Assembly: GCA_023515725.1 (NCBI GenBank)
Contig: JALDTO010000135.1
Span: 124,647 to 188,646 of the forward strand
Length of the DNA stretch: 64,000 bases
From: Amoeboaphelidium protococcarum X5
Lineage: Eukaryota > Fungi > Aphelidiomycota
Direction of reading: 5' to 3'
Shown: positions 1 to 11,869 of the stretch, piece by piece
Position numbering within the stretch: the first letter of the stretch is position 1
How the letters are laid out: every line of letters begins with the position of its first letter
Program-made: the position numbers and the translations under genes
The notes under the pieces: generated by a model
The model's database searches: none
Seen by the model: the letters and a program-made list of their open reading frames with translations, nothing else
What the model was told of the DNA's origin: nothing

Positions 1-776
1 GTGCCAGGAGATAGAATCAATAAGCTGACGATTGCATACTTGAAAAACTTCCACAACCAGGATAAAATTAACTTCTTCCATCCTTGCTCATTCAAAGTCT
101 TTTACTTGCGGGCAAACAGCTCTCTGTTAACTTACTCATTAGACTCGGCTTGATCCAGAATTACTGATAAAGCATCATCCTCAGAGTCTTCATCAGAATC
201 ATCTTCAGGAGCGGCAAACGAAACGCTCGGTTTCTGTTTCATATCTCGCGATTACTTTTCGCGCTCGCCACCACCAGAAGGACGACTATTGGAATTATAC
301 GCAGTATCTGTAGACTCTTGACGTGTAAATAACTTTCTCAGATTAGACTTTTTTGGCTGAGATGTATCTTGACCTTTGCGTTAATTCGACATGTCGGATT
401 ATCTGACATTATTCTGCTTCTCAGGCTCTTATTATGACTGGTCCATTTCCTCATATGTTTCAACCACAGACTGATAATCTACTTCCTCGTCATCTTCATC
501 ATGACAATCCGAGTGATTCAATGGAGACACGACGTGCCTGTTGTTATCCTGAAACTATGAGTATCGTTTCTTAAGAGAGGAGGTGGATGAATTTTAACCG
601 GTAGATACATTCTGATTACCCTTCTCCTGTTACTGAGCAGCCTTTTCCACAATACCAGCATTGATACGCGACATTTGCCGAATACGCGCCACTGTATCAC
701 TACTAATCTGATCCCCTTGCTTGGTATTGCTTGAACTTTTAATATACTATCCCTTTCTCTTACTGTGATTGTCCAT
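1..776 (-). CDS. N-terminal part of a membrane protein (long disordered/acidic N-terminus followed by a hydrophobic segment); runs off the left edge; family uncertain (possibly MscS-like)
   Basis: Open in table 6 from ATG 776 (MDNHSKRKGQ...) to the window edge, ending ...WKKLILSWLWKFFKYAIVSLLILSPG. Confidence 0.6.
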
Positions 777-1072
777 ATTTAAAATGAGAGAATAACAGTT
801 GCAGATATTATGACTTAATGAGCGGATTAAACGGAATGCAGAGTGGTAGAAGGTTGAAATTAACCTTGGATATTTGTGAAACGCGATCGAATCTGATTTG
901 AAACGGTCTGATTGGACGATGGAAATGGATTAGCTGCATTTCTTTCAACTCATGTGTGATTTGATTACATTACAATTGTTTCATTGTGATTTTCTTGCTC
1001 ATATCTTTATATCTTAACAGAAATACTCTTCACACATTCGAAACAGTCAAAACGTTCGATCTCGTTTAAAAA

Positions 1073-2091
1073 ATGGGTTTGGAACAGGACGTGGATTATG
1101 GAAACGCACTTATAACAGACATTAAGTAAGATAAAGTTTAAGCCAGAATATCGTTAACTGAAACTGAAAAGGATTTAATGATTGCTATCAAAGATAGTTA
1201 GCCCGAATAGACTATAGATGCTTTAAAATTTATGGTTGACACGAGTAAATAACTTCTATTATCTGTCGAAAACAGACTTGCATAAGCTCAGCATGATCTT
1301 ACGGAGATAATAAAACTGATGATGGAAAGGGAAAGTCGACTGATATCACAGATTACCTCTGCCAACTGTAACGGTAAGTTTCCATGGCACTATCAAGTTT
1401 AAATTTCATTTTATTGGTGTAGAATCATTGGATATTTCTGTATCATCAAAAAGTTCGTGAAGTTCATTCTCCTAAAGCGGCGTTTGTTCTACAGGTCGGT
1501 ACGTGAATCGTAAGAAGAAAGATGAGAGACGTGTTGATCAGACGAGACGGTTGTTGTGTTGCAACTGGCGAAAGTGATCTTAATGAGTTGCTCTCAGCCC
1601 ATATAGTGCCCTTATCTTAATTACAACTCATAAGTCGTGATCTGGAGTATTCTCTCAAGAATGGCATTTTATTGCGTAAAGACTTGGAACAAAGTTATGA
1701 TTTATTTTAGTGGATGTTTGATGATGATGGACGCGTCATAGTCCTATACGAGCGCTGGATCCACAGAAATCAAATAACCAAGATAGACTTGCGTGGCGAT
1801 TCCGAGACTAGGCCTTCGAGCAATCTAATTGCGGTTCACAATTAGCTTGCTCGCACTAGATCCTAAGAATGTTGTCCTCATTGTTGGAAGTTTGTTGGGA
1901 AGTAGAATATTGAGGCCCACCAAAAGAGCAGCTGCGAAGTATTAGACATCGAAAAAGATGCAGAACACAAATCTACTACTGGTGACTCTGACGTTGATGA
2001 TGAAGGTAGTTAAGAGGATTCATAGTCTTTTGCGGACTGCGACAACGCCGAAGAACAGCTCAACCTAATATCTAAGCCTAATATAATCTGA
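1073..2091 (+). pseudogene. HNH endonuclease-domain (HNH_2-type, Crinkler-effector-like) gene with helical N-terminus and C-terminal CxxC..H..C zinc knuckle; probably disrupted
   Basis: Exon 1 1073-1373, intron 1374-1422 (GTAAGT...GGTGTAG). In-frame TGA at 1458 and a frame offset before ATG 1522. 1522-2091 reads MRDVLIRRDGCCVATG...SAHIVP...KNGILLRKDLEQSYD...CCPHC...AH...C. Confidence 0.65.
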
Positions 2092-2954
2092 TCAATAGCT
2101 GCGTTGTTGAGTAACACTTTATACTCTTGACTCATTCAGAAAAAATAATATTATCGGTTATTTAATGGACTATATATATTTGTTTCATATCATACTATTC
2201 TGTTACTGGTATATCACATGAAACAACTAGTATAAGACTGATAGAAAGGGAACCACAGTCCCTGGGAACATAAAGGTCCCGAGGACAATATACTGTACAT
2301 ATTAGGTATTCGCTAAATTAAATCTTGTCGCTGAAGGAGACGCGTATTTTATCGCTACTTCATTCATTAAAGTCGACGATACTTTTACTGCCATAAGTCT
2401 CTTACTCGCTTTGCCATGTTCATGCCAGAAATGAAACAAGATCCGCAAAGGTAATTTTTAAAACAGACACCATTAAATGTAAGCCTAACTGCCAATTGAT
2501 TTCCATATTCATTTCATTTCAAGACTTATTCAATGGAATAGAAGTCATAGTGGTTTTTATTCAAATATCTTTATCATTGTTTTGACTTAATTATGCAGCA
2601 AATCATGTAGGCAAAGTTTATTTTTATCCTCGCGCGAAGCACCGTTGTGGTGGCTAACAGCGAGAACATCAGCTGATCAACAAGGCGAGAAACGGATAAA
2701 ACAATCACAGAAGCTGCTGATAAATTGCCAATCTCCCTCCTTTTCCCTTTTCTTTTCTATTACTATCCGTTTGCCATCCGGTAAACTCCATCTAATAGTG
2801 TTTTCCATCAGTCCCTTTATAATTCCATCCATCTTGATAGATTGGCTCATCCCCATTCTATCACTACTCCATCTCATCGTCATCTCCAGCCCATCGTTAT
2901 CGGTTGCTTATCACAAAGGATTTGCAAATTGCTGAATTGCCGCTATTATAATAA

Positions 2955-5408
2955 ATGCAGCAAAGTAAAAAGTAGTCACATTTGCCGAATAATAATGGTA
3001 GTGTTTAAGCAGCGAGAGAGTAAAAGGGTGATGGCTCTCATGGTGAGGTGAGAAATTCTGGTGGTCAGCTGTAGTCTTCATCCACTCCGTCCAAGAAGGG
3101 CATCTCTGCTAATCATCTGCTCAATTTCACTTTGCCTCCACGTTAGCCAAGTCATTCTCAGTAGTTTAATTCCGGTAGACACTCCAACCATAAAAGAGTA
3201 AATCATCAGCCGTATGTAAAGGAGAGATTTGTGAATGCCAATTACCGGTTTGTGGTTAAAACTGATGAATTCGGCAAGGATATGAATCCTGATCAATTGG
3301 TCACTTGGAGCAATGTAGAGTTGGTCTTACAGCTGGCTGCTGAGCCTGATGATATACAGTGTCCCATCTGTCTGTGCCCGCCCTCAGTGCCAAAAATGGG
3401 AAAGTGTGGTCATGTATTTTGCTATAGTTGCATTTTGCATTATCTGTCCATTGTTGATTCTATGCGTGTAAAGTGTCCCCTCTGTCATGACTCAGTTTGC
3501 AGCAAAGATCTGAAATCTTGTCAGGTGATTCAATGCAGTGATTACAGCAAATCGCAAAAGATTTATGGTACTAGTAGGTAGCCAGTGATGGCAATGACTT
3601 TGATGCAGCGATCGAATGCTAGTATCACCACTTTGCCAAAGTTTAATTACTCCAAGTGGGCCAATTCTAGTATGCCAAAGTTGCAGCAGGATTGGGATAT
3701 GAATTTGATAAAGTGGTCAAAGGTGTTGGTGGCGTACCCCAGTGTCATTCTACATCACATCATCATGCCAGAGATTGTGTAATTGGAGTATTTGCTGCAG
3801 GAGGCATAGAGTGCTAATGAGAACGATGAGGCGTTGTACCTGGAGATGGCCATCAGTGAGCAGAAGGAGAGGGAGAGAGTGTTGCTGTAGCGTTCACCAG
3901 CACTGCTCTCACAAACTGACCATCACAACACAAAGATGTCAATGCTAGATGTTCGCCAACTGAGCTCATCTCTGCCATCTAATGCTCCTGTTTTGGATGA
4001 TTTATAATTACCACCCTCGGCCAGTATTACGATTAAGGCCACAGTGATGGAAGATCCTTTTGCGGATATAGAGAGAAGTATTCAGGAGTAGGTGGAGACT
4101 GGCAGTTCTGGTGGTGCATAGTCATTATCAGATGGTGCGTCCACGTCATCTCTGTCGAGTCGTAAAAGCGTTGTACTGTCAGGTGAGTAGAAATAGTTAA
4201 CTAGTCAAGGATTCAAGTACGGCATCAATGCGACAAAGGGTCCTTTAGATGGTACTTATTATTTCTACCAATGTTCTGATGGCCAGTATTTGTTCCTTCA
4301 CCCGTTGGATATTAAAATTATCAAAAGTGCCTTTGGTGAGTATCATGACTTTCCGCATGAGATTTATGCCACCATCAGTGTGGTGACTGAGACCACAATG
4401 ACTGAGGAAGTTAGAAAGAAATATCGCTATCTGGGGCATCTTCCTCTAGGATGTGATGTATCATTCATAGAACTCGATTGGAAGAAGCCTGTTCTATGCA
4501 GGTAGTAGTTGATGAAGAACGATAATTAAAGTGGAGTGTACATTGAAAAGTATCTTGCAGGAGATAGTAATGATGAATTGAATCAAGTTTTAACTGATGA
4601 ATAGATTAGCCATTGGTTGTCTGAACTGGATAGTCGCCACAAGCGTCATGAATAGAAAAAGAGAAAGGAGGAGTAATCTGCTAGAAAGAACAAGAAGCAA
4701 CAGTCCAAATCTAATGATTCTGTGAATTTGGATGAACTGGCGAGATTCGATGGTGGTACTAGTGCCAGGACTCATGTGGAAATGTTTGATTTTGACGATG
4801 AAATTGCATGGTAGCCTCTTCCATTGAGCCCAGTATCGCAATCTAGTAAATCTGGCGGTCCCCTGGTATGGAATTAGTCTAGTGTTAATTTTGGTGTTTA
4901 TAAGAAAAATTAGAAAACCGCAAACAATAGCTAAAACAATTATAATAATAATAATAACAGTATAATTTAATCCAACTCATACGCAAAGAAGGCCCGTCCG
5001 CGTTCTTATAATGAGCTGTTCCCATAGATGGATGTTGGCCTCACGCCACCTTCAAATGGTATGAGTCCACCTAAGCACGGATCCGACCGTAAGAATAAGT
5101 CTTTTGCGTCCATCACCGGGATGAATAATTGTAATGAAGGTAAAGATGAGAATGTCCATGTTTAATATGCAATGATGGCTCAGTAATCATCATAGTCACA
5201 TAGTAATCTTGCAACGGCAGAGGTTAACGCTAATGTTGATGATAACGCGTCTGGTCAAGATCAAGATCATTAGCAGTAGTAGTAGTAGTAGTAGTAGTAG
5301 TAGCAGAAGGGGAAAAAGAAGAAGAAGCAGAAGGCAATTTTGCTGTTCAGCAATAGTGGTAACAAGAAAGGTGCTTATTAATCTCACGCACCTGTAGCTT
5401 TATAGTGA
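2955..5408 (+). CDS. RNF10: RING finger E3 ubiquitin ligase, RNF10/Mag2 family (817 aa)
   Basis: Motifs NHLLNF, KERFVNANYRFVV, RING CPICLCPP..CGHVFCYSC..CPLC, YYFYQCSDGQYLFLHP, C-terminal KKKKKQKAILLFS; single frame to TGA 5406. Confidence 0.93.
5271..5306 (+). repeat. (TAG)n microsatellite encoding an in-frame 12-residue polyQ tract in RNF10
   Basis: TAG CAG (TAG)9 CAG in the RNF10 frame, upstream of the conserved C-terminal KKKKKQK..LLFS motif. Confidence 0.9.
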
Positions 5409-5589
5409 AAATAACTTGTTTATGCTTTATTATTTGTTTGTTGTAGAAACTATTGTAATCGATACGAATTTATTGCTTCAGTAAAGTTTTTAGCTTTGTA
5501 ATCGTTACCGTGCCATTCTGAGGTTAGGATTTACGTGGGCACCCCTTAAACTTTTGACAACAACTGTAGACAGACACGGTTTTGTAAAT

Positions 5590-6349
5590 ATGTTCATGCG
5601 CAATAATTTTGTTGCCTTGGTAGTAGCCCTTTCATCAATGCTGACGGTATGGTGTACGCCTGTGGATTAGAGCTTAGTGTTATAGACAACAATAGATAGC
5701 GATACTGATGTCTCAGTCTTGCATCGCTAGTCCAAGATTCTACTGCCGTACAGAAGACGCGTCAAGATGCGCGTTGAGCCATCCAATGGTGAAGAGTATA
5801 CGTATGAGTATGCACTAGACCTTTAGAAGTAATTGATGCGCAAAACTGTATTCTAGAAAGATGACGCCAAAGTGGATTTTTACTTTATTGGTGTAAGTGT
5901 ATATCTTTAAATGTCTGTGACTGTGAATGAATTTTGATTGTTGATTACTACTGTAGGAGTAGGGTAAGGCTTATAGCATTACACGCGCTGCTAATGGAGA
6001 GTCAGAGTGCCAAATTCATCCATTTGAGTGGAAAGATCCTTGGTATGATGACAGATATTTTGAATTTATAGATTACAAGTTTTTGGGTGATCAAGTATGC
6101 TCAATGTATCAGGTGCAATTGGCATATGAGTATTATGCTAACATGTGGGTTGAATATGGCACAAATAGCATAATCGCTATATTCGAGAGCTACTATGATC
6201 GGGATGACGATGATTATAATACAGTGCTGCATGAAGATATGAAATATGTCGAGTCATTTAGCACACAATTTGATCAAAGTTATATCCTCCCTCCAAGCGA
6301 TATTTCTCATTGTAAAGCCAATGCGACGCGTCTGGTTTTGAGTCCATGA
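5590..6349 (+). CDS. Secreted protein, possibly ependymin-related (EPDR/LolA-like fold)
   Basis: Signal-peptide-like MFMRNNFVALVVALSSMLTVWC; intron 5893-5956; alternating beta-strand pattern; ends FDQSYILPPSDISHC like the EPDR F-x-x-P-x-x-C tail. Family call is tentative. Confidence 0.6.
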
Positions 6350-6454
6350 TAAGAACATTTTGTAATAGTATCTAAATAATAATACATTTTGAGAATATTA
6401 ATTAATGCAATACCACGAAATAAAGTAACAATCAATTTAGTCAAAAATATAGAA

Positions 6455-7618
6455 TCATTTCTTCTTCTTGTCACTCTTCTAATCACCTGATGCAGCAGAG
6501 CCATTCGCCAATAGTTTAGAGGCAGACTCGCTCTTGTACGCAAACACCTGCGACAATTCACCACGTACCAGAGCCACCAACAACACTGACAAAATACAAG
6601 CAGGCGACAAGTACAGAAGCGCCGGTTGAGCAGCTTAGAACACATGCATCACAGCCATGGTGGTGACCAACCCAATGATATATGCAACCATACAGCCAAT
6701 AAAGTATGGCTTTGCGAATGATCTAGTTTTAGCAGTACCTTTACCATTTTTCAATGATGCCACATATCTATAGTAATCATATCGCAGACACAGAGCCACA
6801 AAGATGCCCGGAATGACTATATCACCCAGTCCGAGCATTGAGAATGGTACCTTCTCTCCTCTGGCCCAGGCAGCAAAGTTCCTAGGAAACAACAGCTTGA
6901 TAGGAGCATCAAAATTCTTGGCCACACTGACCATCACCTCAGTACCAAATACCCAGAATATATCATAAACAAATAGACCGGATAGAAGCAGCATTCCCGT
7001 CTTGAAGTCATCCAGATCTAGGAGTTAAATTGCAGACGAGCTGAATGCCCAACCAAACAAATTACTCACAATCCAGTTCTTGGTCACCACATAGTAAGCA
7101 GTGCATAAAATAGCAACGACCAGGGCAGCGATACTAAAGTAGGTGAAAGAGTACTTGAAAATCAGTTCTTTGCCCTTGTGCTTTGTAATTCTAATCTTGA
7201 ACTTCTCCAAGTGCAGCAGGCCATTACTGCTAAGGATGGTGAAGTTTCCAATAGCATCAATCATCTTGGCCAGAGCAAGACAGCCCAGTAATCCAAAATA
7301 GGCAGTCAGCAGGTAGTTGATGTACTCTTTACTGAAGAATCTGAACACCAGGTACAGCGAAAACAGCACACCACTTCCAATGATTGGGAACCACATGGCA
7401 TCTTCGCTAGTGATCGCTTCACTCTCCACATCTTCATCTTCATCATCGCTCTCATCCTTTGATGACTTGCTGCTTTTACCACCAGCTGTATCCGATGCCT
7501 TCTTATACTTGATAGAAGCGAAAGAGCCAAAGTAGATAGGAAACACTGCAGCCAACAGAATAAAAGTATAAGTAACATATGCTGAATGTTCCTCCAACAA
7601 ATCTACCATTTTATCCAT
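6455..7618 (-). CDS. HM13: Signal peptide peptidase (A22B aspartyl intramembrane protease)
   Basis: YDIFWVFGT, LGLGDIVIPG, QPALLY motifs; ends KKKK-TGA (ER retrieval signal) only when TAA/TAG are read through. Confidence 0.95.
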
Positions 7619-7864
7619 ACTGAAACTCTTAATTCTTGTTTTAATACAATCTAGAATGCAAGCGAACAGATAAACCACCTGCAATATATGAACTGTAGTT
7701 ACTAATGCTGGTGAAGAAACAACTGAGGAGGAGCGACGTTGAAATTCCTTTGATGAACAAGCGGGAGAGCGGAAGAGTCGCGCGCTCTCAAAGAGTCCCT
7801 TTACTGTTCTTTACATTATTTCTTCACTCTTTAAGCGTTAGCTATATCATTTTATTATAGGAAA

Positions 7865-9037
7865 ATGTTTACCTAGATATATTAGAGTCCGCTTACTCCA
7901 GCGATTAGTATTATTAGAGGATCTCTCTTGATAGGAACTGTTGCGTTCCCCACCGGAACTTTTCTGTATCGATTGCTGCAGGTGGATCTTCAGAAGGCTA
8001 ATGGAGATGGTGAATACCCTCTATTAAAGAGAATACAAGAATAGACTATATATACTCTTTAAAAGTATCAGTTGATAAGATTAACTAATCAGCGATAGAA
8101 TCGATAGAATGTTAAGCTCTGGACTGAGTTGTATCTTCCATCACTGGCCGCACTCACAATTACATCTATCAGCGCGTTCTATGCATATCGATTAAGCGGG
8201 AGTTACGTGACGCGTCTTGGTATTAAAGTACCATCTACGGATGTTATGATGTAGATCTATAGTGCTTAGGCGGGAAACTTGAAGTCTTCCTCTTAATCTT
8301 TGAGCCGACATCAGTTGCAGCATCTAGAAAGGGATTTGTCTGTTGCAGACACAGCACTGCGGTAAGCTCTCGGTATTAGGCAGTCCTCTGTTGTGCACGA
8401 TAAAGATGCCTGTAATACTTCAGTTGCTGTTGCAAAGCGAACAATGCTGGCTGAAGTGGCGCGATATCGTGATGAGATACCAAAATCTGCACTTGCCATC
8501 TGGCCGTAGTTGTCTAATGTGCAGCGAAGTCTGTGCATGGACATGCTCTACTATTCCACCCTGCAGATTCAAACTCTTTCATCATATCCATTTGGATCTA
8601 TCATTGGTCGCATAATGAACCTGATTCAAAGAGGAAGTTAGAATGAAATCAGTTACTCCGCGCTGGGTCGTGTCAATACTGAGTGCCAACTGCAGTAATT
8701 GCAGCGACTTCCGCTTGGATAAATCACATCCAAGAAAGAGTTTATGAATAGATTCAAGTCTGGAATTCGTGGCTTTCTTGTATCTAGCAATGTTATGATC
8801 ACCTCTTTAAGCTCTTAATAATAATAATAGAGAGCGCCAAGATTGCTATGTTTAAATTGGATCGAGATTGAAGAGAAGAGTCCTCTGGTATGGTACCTTT
8901 TAAACTGCGTTGTGCCATGGAAGGTGGACCCTGATTTAGCATAGACTGCCGGTGAATTGTAGGAGGGTTCATACACGGATGTTACTATATCAGACGGCGA
9001 ATACACTCGTCAGGATAAGCTGTTAGCTGGTCAATGA
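7865..9037 (+). CDS. Hypothetical protein (390 aa) with two N-terminal hydrophobic segments
   Basis: Continuous table-6 frame from ATG 7865 to TGA 9035; no motif recognised. Confidence 0.65.
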
Positions 9038-9124
9038 ATTTACATGAGACTTAAGATGAGTGAGTCTAAATAGATAGCCAAAACATGATCAATAATACTT
9101 TATTATTAAAATATCCTAGTAGTA

Positions 9125-10336
9125 TCAATGAACGATGGAGGAGAATTCATGTTCAACTTCACCGTACTGAATGCCCATGATCAAATCATTAAAGTACTTT
9201 GCAAATGGACCAGCCTGAGCTTCCTTGTTATTAGGATCCAGTGGAATATTCAAATCCTGGCTCTTGCCGTTGTGATCAAAACGAATCTACTTCACCGGGG
9301 ATACAATTGCAGCGGTTCCAGCACCAAACATTTCCATCAGGCGGCCTTCCTTGCTGGCAGCCAATAGCTCACTCATTGTGATAACACGCTCGGACACTTT
9401 AAGGACCGATCTATCAAAAGGAGCTTTCAAATGGCACTTCAAGTCCTTTTGCTTAGCCAGCTTCAAGATTGAATCTCTTGTAACACCAGGCAAGATAGTA
9501 CCGTCCAGTGCAGGTGTGGCCAACTCAACCTGCCCGCTCTATTTATCTTTCAATACGACAAACAAATTCATGGTGCCCACCTCAGTCAATTAGAAATCTT
9601 TTCCATTCTCAATAGGGAACAACCATAGCACCTGCTAAAATCCCTCTTTAGCAGCGCTGCTTTGAGTCAAGATAGATGGTGCGTAATTTCCACCCACTTT
9701 GCAATCTCCAACTCCACCAGGCCAAGCCCTAATATTAGCCGGATTAGCTAATAGCGAGACTGCATTAAATCCCGTTCTATAGTACGGACCAACAGGAGAG
9801 CAGATGGTGAACAGCTTACTCCTACCAGAAGGACCAACACCGAGCGATTCTTGAGTGGCAATCATAGCCGGTCTGATGTACAGAGAGTATCCACGCTCAG
9901 ATGGAATATGACGAGCCTCCAACTTGACAAGGTCCTTAATGCAACTCAGCAACTAATCTCCATCAAAGTCTGGCAAAGTCAGTCGAGCAGTAGATCGCTT
10001 CAATCGCATCATGTTCATATCCGGCCTGAACATTCTAATCTACCCCTACTTGTCCTTGTAAGCCTTCATCCCTTCAAAGCACTCCATGCCGTAGTGGAAT
10101 ACGCAAGCAGATGGGTCCAGGCTGATTTTGCCATAGGGAACAATCTTCGGATCAGACCAACCGCTCTCCTTGTCATGATCAGCGATTAGCATATGGTCAG
10201 TGAAAAACTTGCCGAATACAAGCTCCTTGTTAGGCACTAGTTACTTGGGCTATTCAGTTTTCTAGATCTTCAAATTGGCATGCCTCAGCGGAGTTAAGCT
10301 CTTGCCAGATAGACATCGTGAGAACTTTTTCATCAT
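9125..10336 (-). CDS. BAT1: Branched-chain amino acid aminotransferase, probably mitochondrial
   Basis: [66 protein letters not shown]; basic N-terminal presequence. Confidence 0.96.
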
Positions 10337-10748
10337 AATCGTCAATGTGTTCCTTTCTGTGCGGCGATTGAATCTTTGATCACTTGTTTGAAGAGGAAAA
10401 GATACATGATGGGATGTAAGTAAAGGAGATATACTGATACACGTCTCTGATGTAAAAATCAATATCTAAATATTTATGGTACATAATGATGCGTTTCTTT
10501 AATTTATTCCCAGTGCGTGTAAAGTAGATGGTGGAAACTCGTGAAATTTATCCCGTGTCTGTGTGATGTCGCGCTGGCCAATTCAAAGGCCATCGTTGGT
10601 GCAACGTCGCCGTCACGTTTCACTTCACCCGTGATTTACATGTCATTACCGAGATGAAAGGCATTAAATTGCACCTTTCTCTCTCTCCATCTTTCTATAC
10701 AATTATTACACATCAAATAATTAAACTATTTACCTGAACTGAATAATA

Positions 10749-11621
10749 ATGATTAAACTAAATTTGCTGATTCTGAATGTGATCATTCTGTGCATAGCGC
10801 TGACCGCAGACGCTGGTATTTTTGATCGTTTCAAGAGCGGTGGGAATTCTGTTTCAAGCCAAGGCGGGCGTAGAAACTAATAATCGCCTCAATAGATGGG
10901 CTATGGTTCTGATGAGAGTTTGCTGTCTGAGCAAGACTAATTTGATGATCCTTAGTCTATGCAGTAGAAGAAGCCTGATTTTCGTTCAAAGATGAAGAAC
11001 TTCTTTGGCAAAAAGAAGTAGGAGAGAACTTTGCAAATGTCAGGCTTTGATAATATCAATGCAGGAAACTATGAACCAATTGGCACGCGCGGTATGAATA
11101 GTGGACGCGATCCTCGCCGTGAACCAGCTATTCCTGAAGATGAGCCAGTAGAAGATTAGGAAATGATGCAGCGCTATCAGAGTTTGGGTGGCTCTGCTTC
11201 CGAAGTTGGCTCATCAATGTCCACAATGTCCGCAATGAGTCGCGGCTGGTAAAAGATGAAACAGGCGCCGAGCGAAATCTCTTCAAGATACAAGTCATAT
11301 AAGCAGGGCAAGACTGACAAGAAGGAGGCCAAGTATGCTTAAAAACGCGCTTCCATTGCTCAGCGTCCGAACAAATTTGCAGAGTGTCTAGATTGGGATT
11401 TTAGAAAGGTGTCCATGCTTGGGCAGAGTATAGAGAAGCTAGGCAGACAGGGGTACCAAGTCATTACTTCGCACAAAGGAAAGCCTATTCTGATGGGCCG
11501 TTGTCTCGATTATGGACACAACAACAACGATGGTGAGTAGCAGTTTAGTGGTTATAAGCGCCCATCAAGTCGCGATCAAGAAACTCAAGTTAATTTTGAT
11601 TCTTTTGATCAAGAATACTGA
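10749..11621 (+). CDS. Secreted, largely low-complexity orphan protein (candidate effector)
   Basis: Signal peptide MIKLNLLILNVIILCIALTADA then Q/S/G/M-rich sequence; open frame to TGA 11619. Confidence 0.75.
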
Positions 11622-11869
11622 GTGGATGATCAATTTAGCTCTTATCAAAAGCGATCTACGAGTGATTAGACAAATGAATGGTAATAAAATGATAATTTAT
11701 TTTTTTAAGTTTCCTGCAACTGACCGATTGCTTAGTTCTGATAAGATGTATCTGTCGCGTATTTTCAGTATAAAAATGCAGTAAGGATCCTTTTAACAGC
11801 TGCAAAAGGCTGATGAACTTTCTTTTTCAACTTGACAACCGAACAAATGGCAATACTTTGTCTAAAAGA

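Noticed and set aside
2645-2935. ORF-track 96-aa ORF and a possible upstream RNF10 exon (GCTAACAG at 2653-2660)
   Set aside because: Low-complexity CT-rich leader-like sequence; the RNF10 frame is closed by TGA at 2835 and no consistent splice was found
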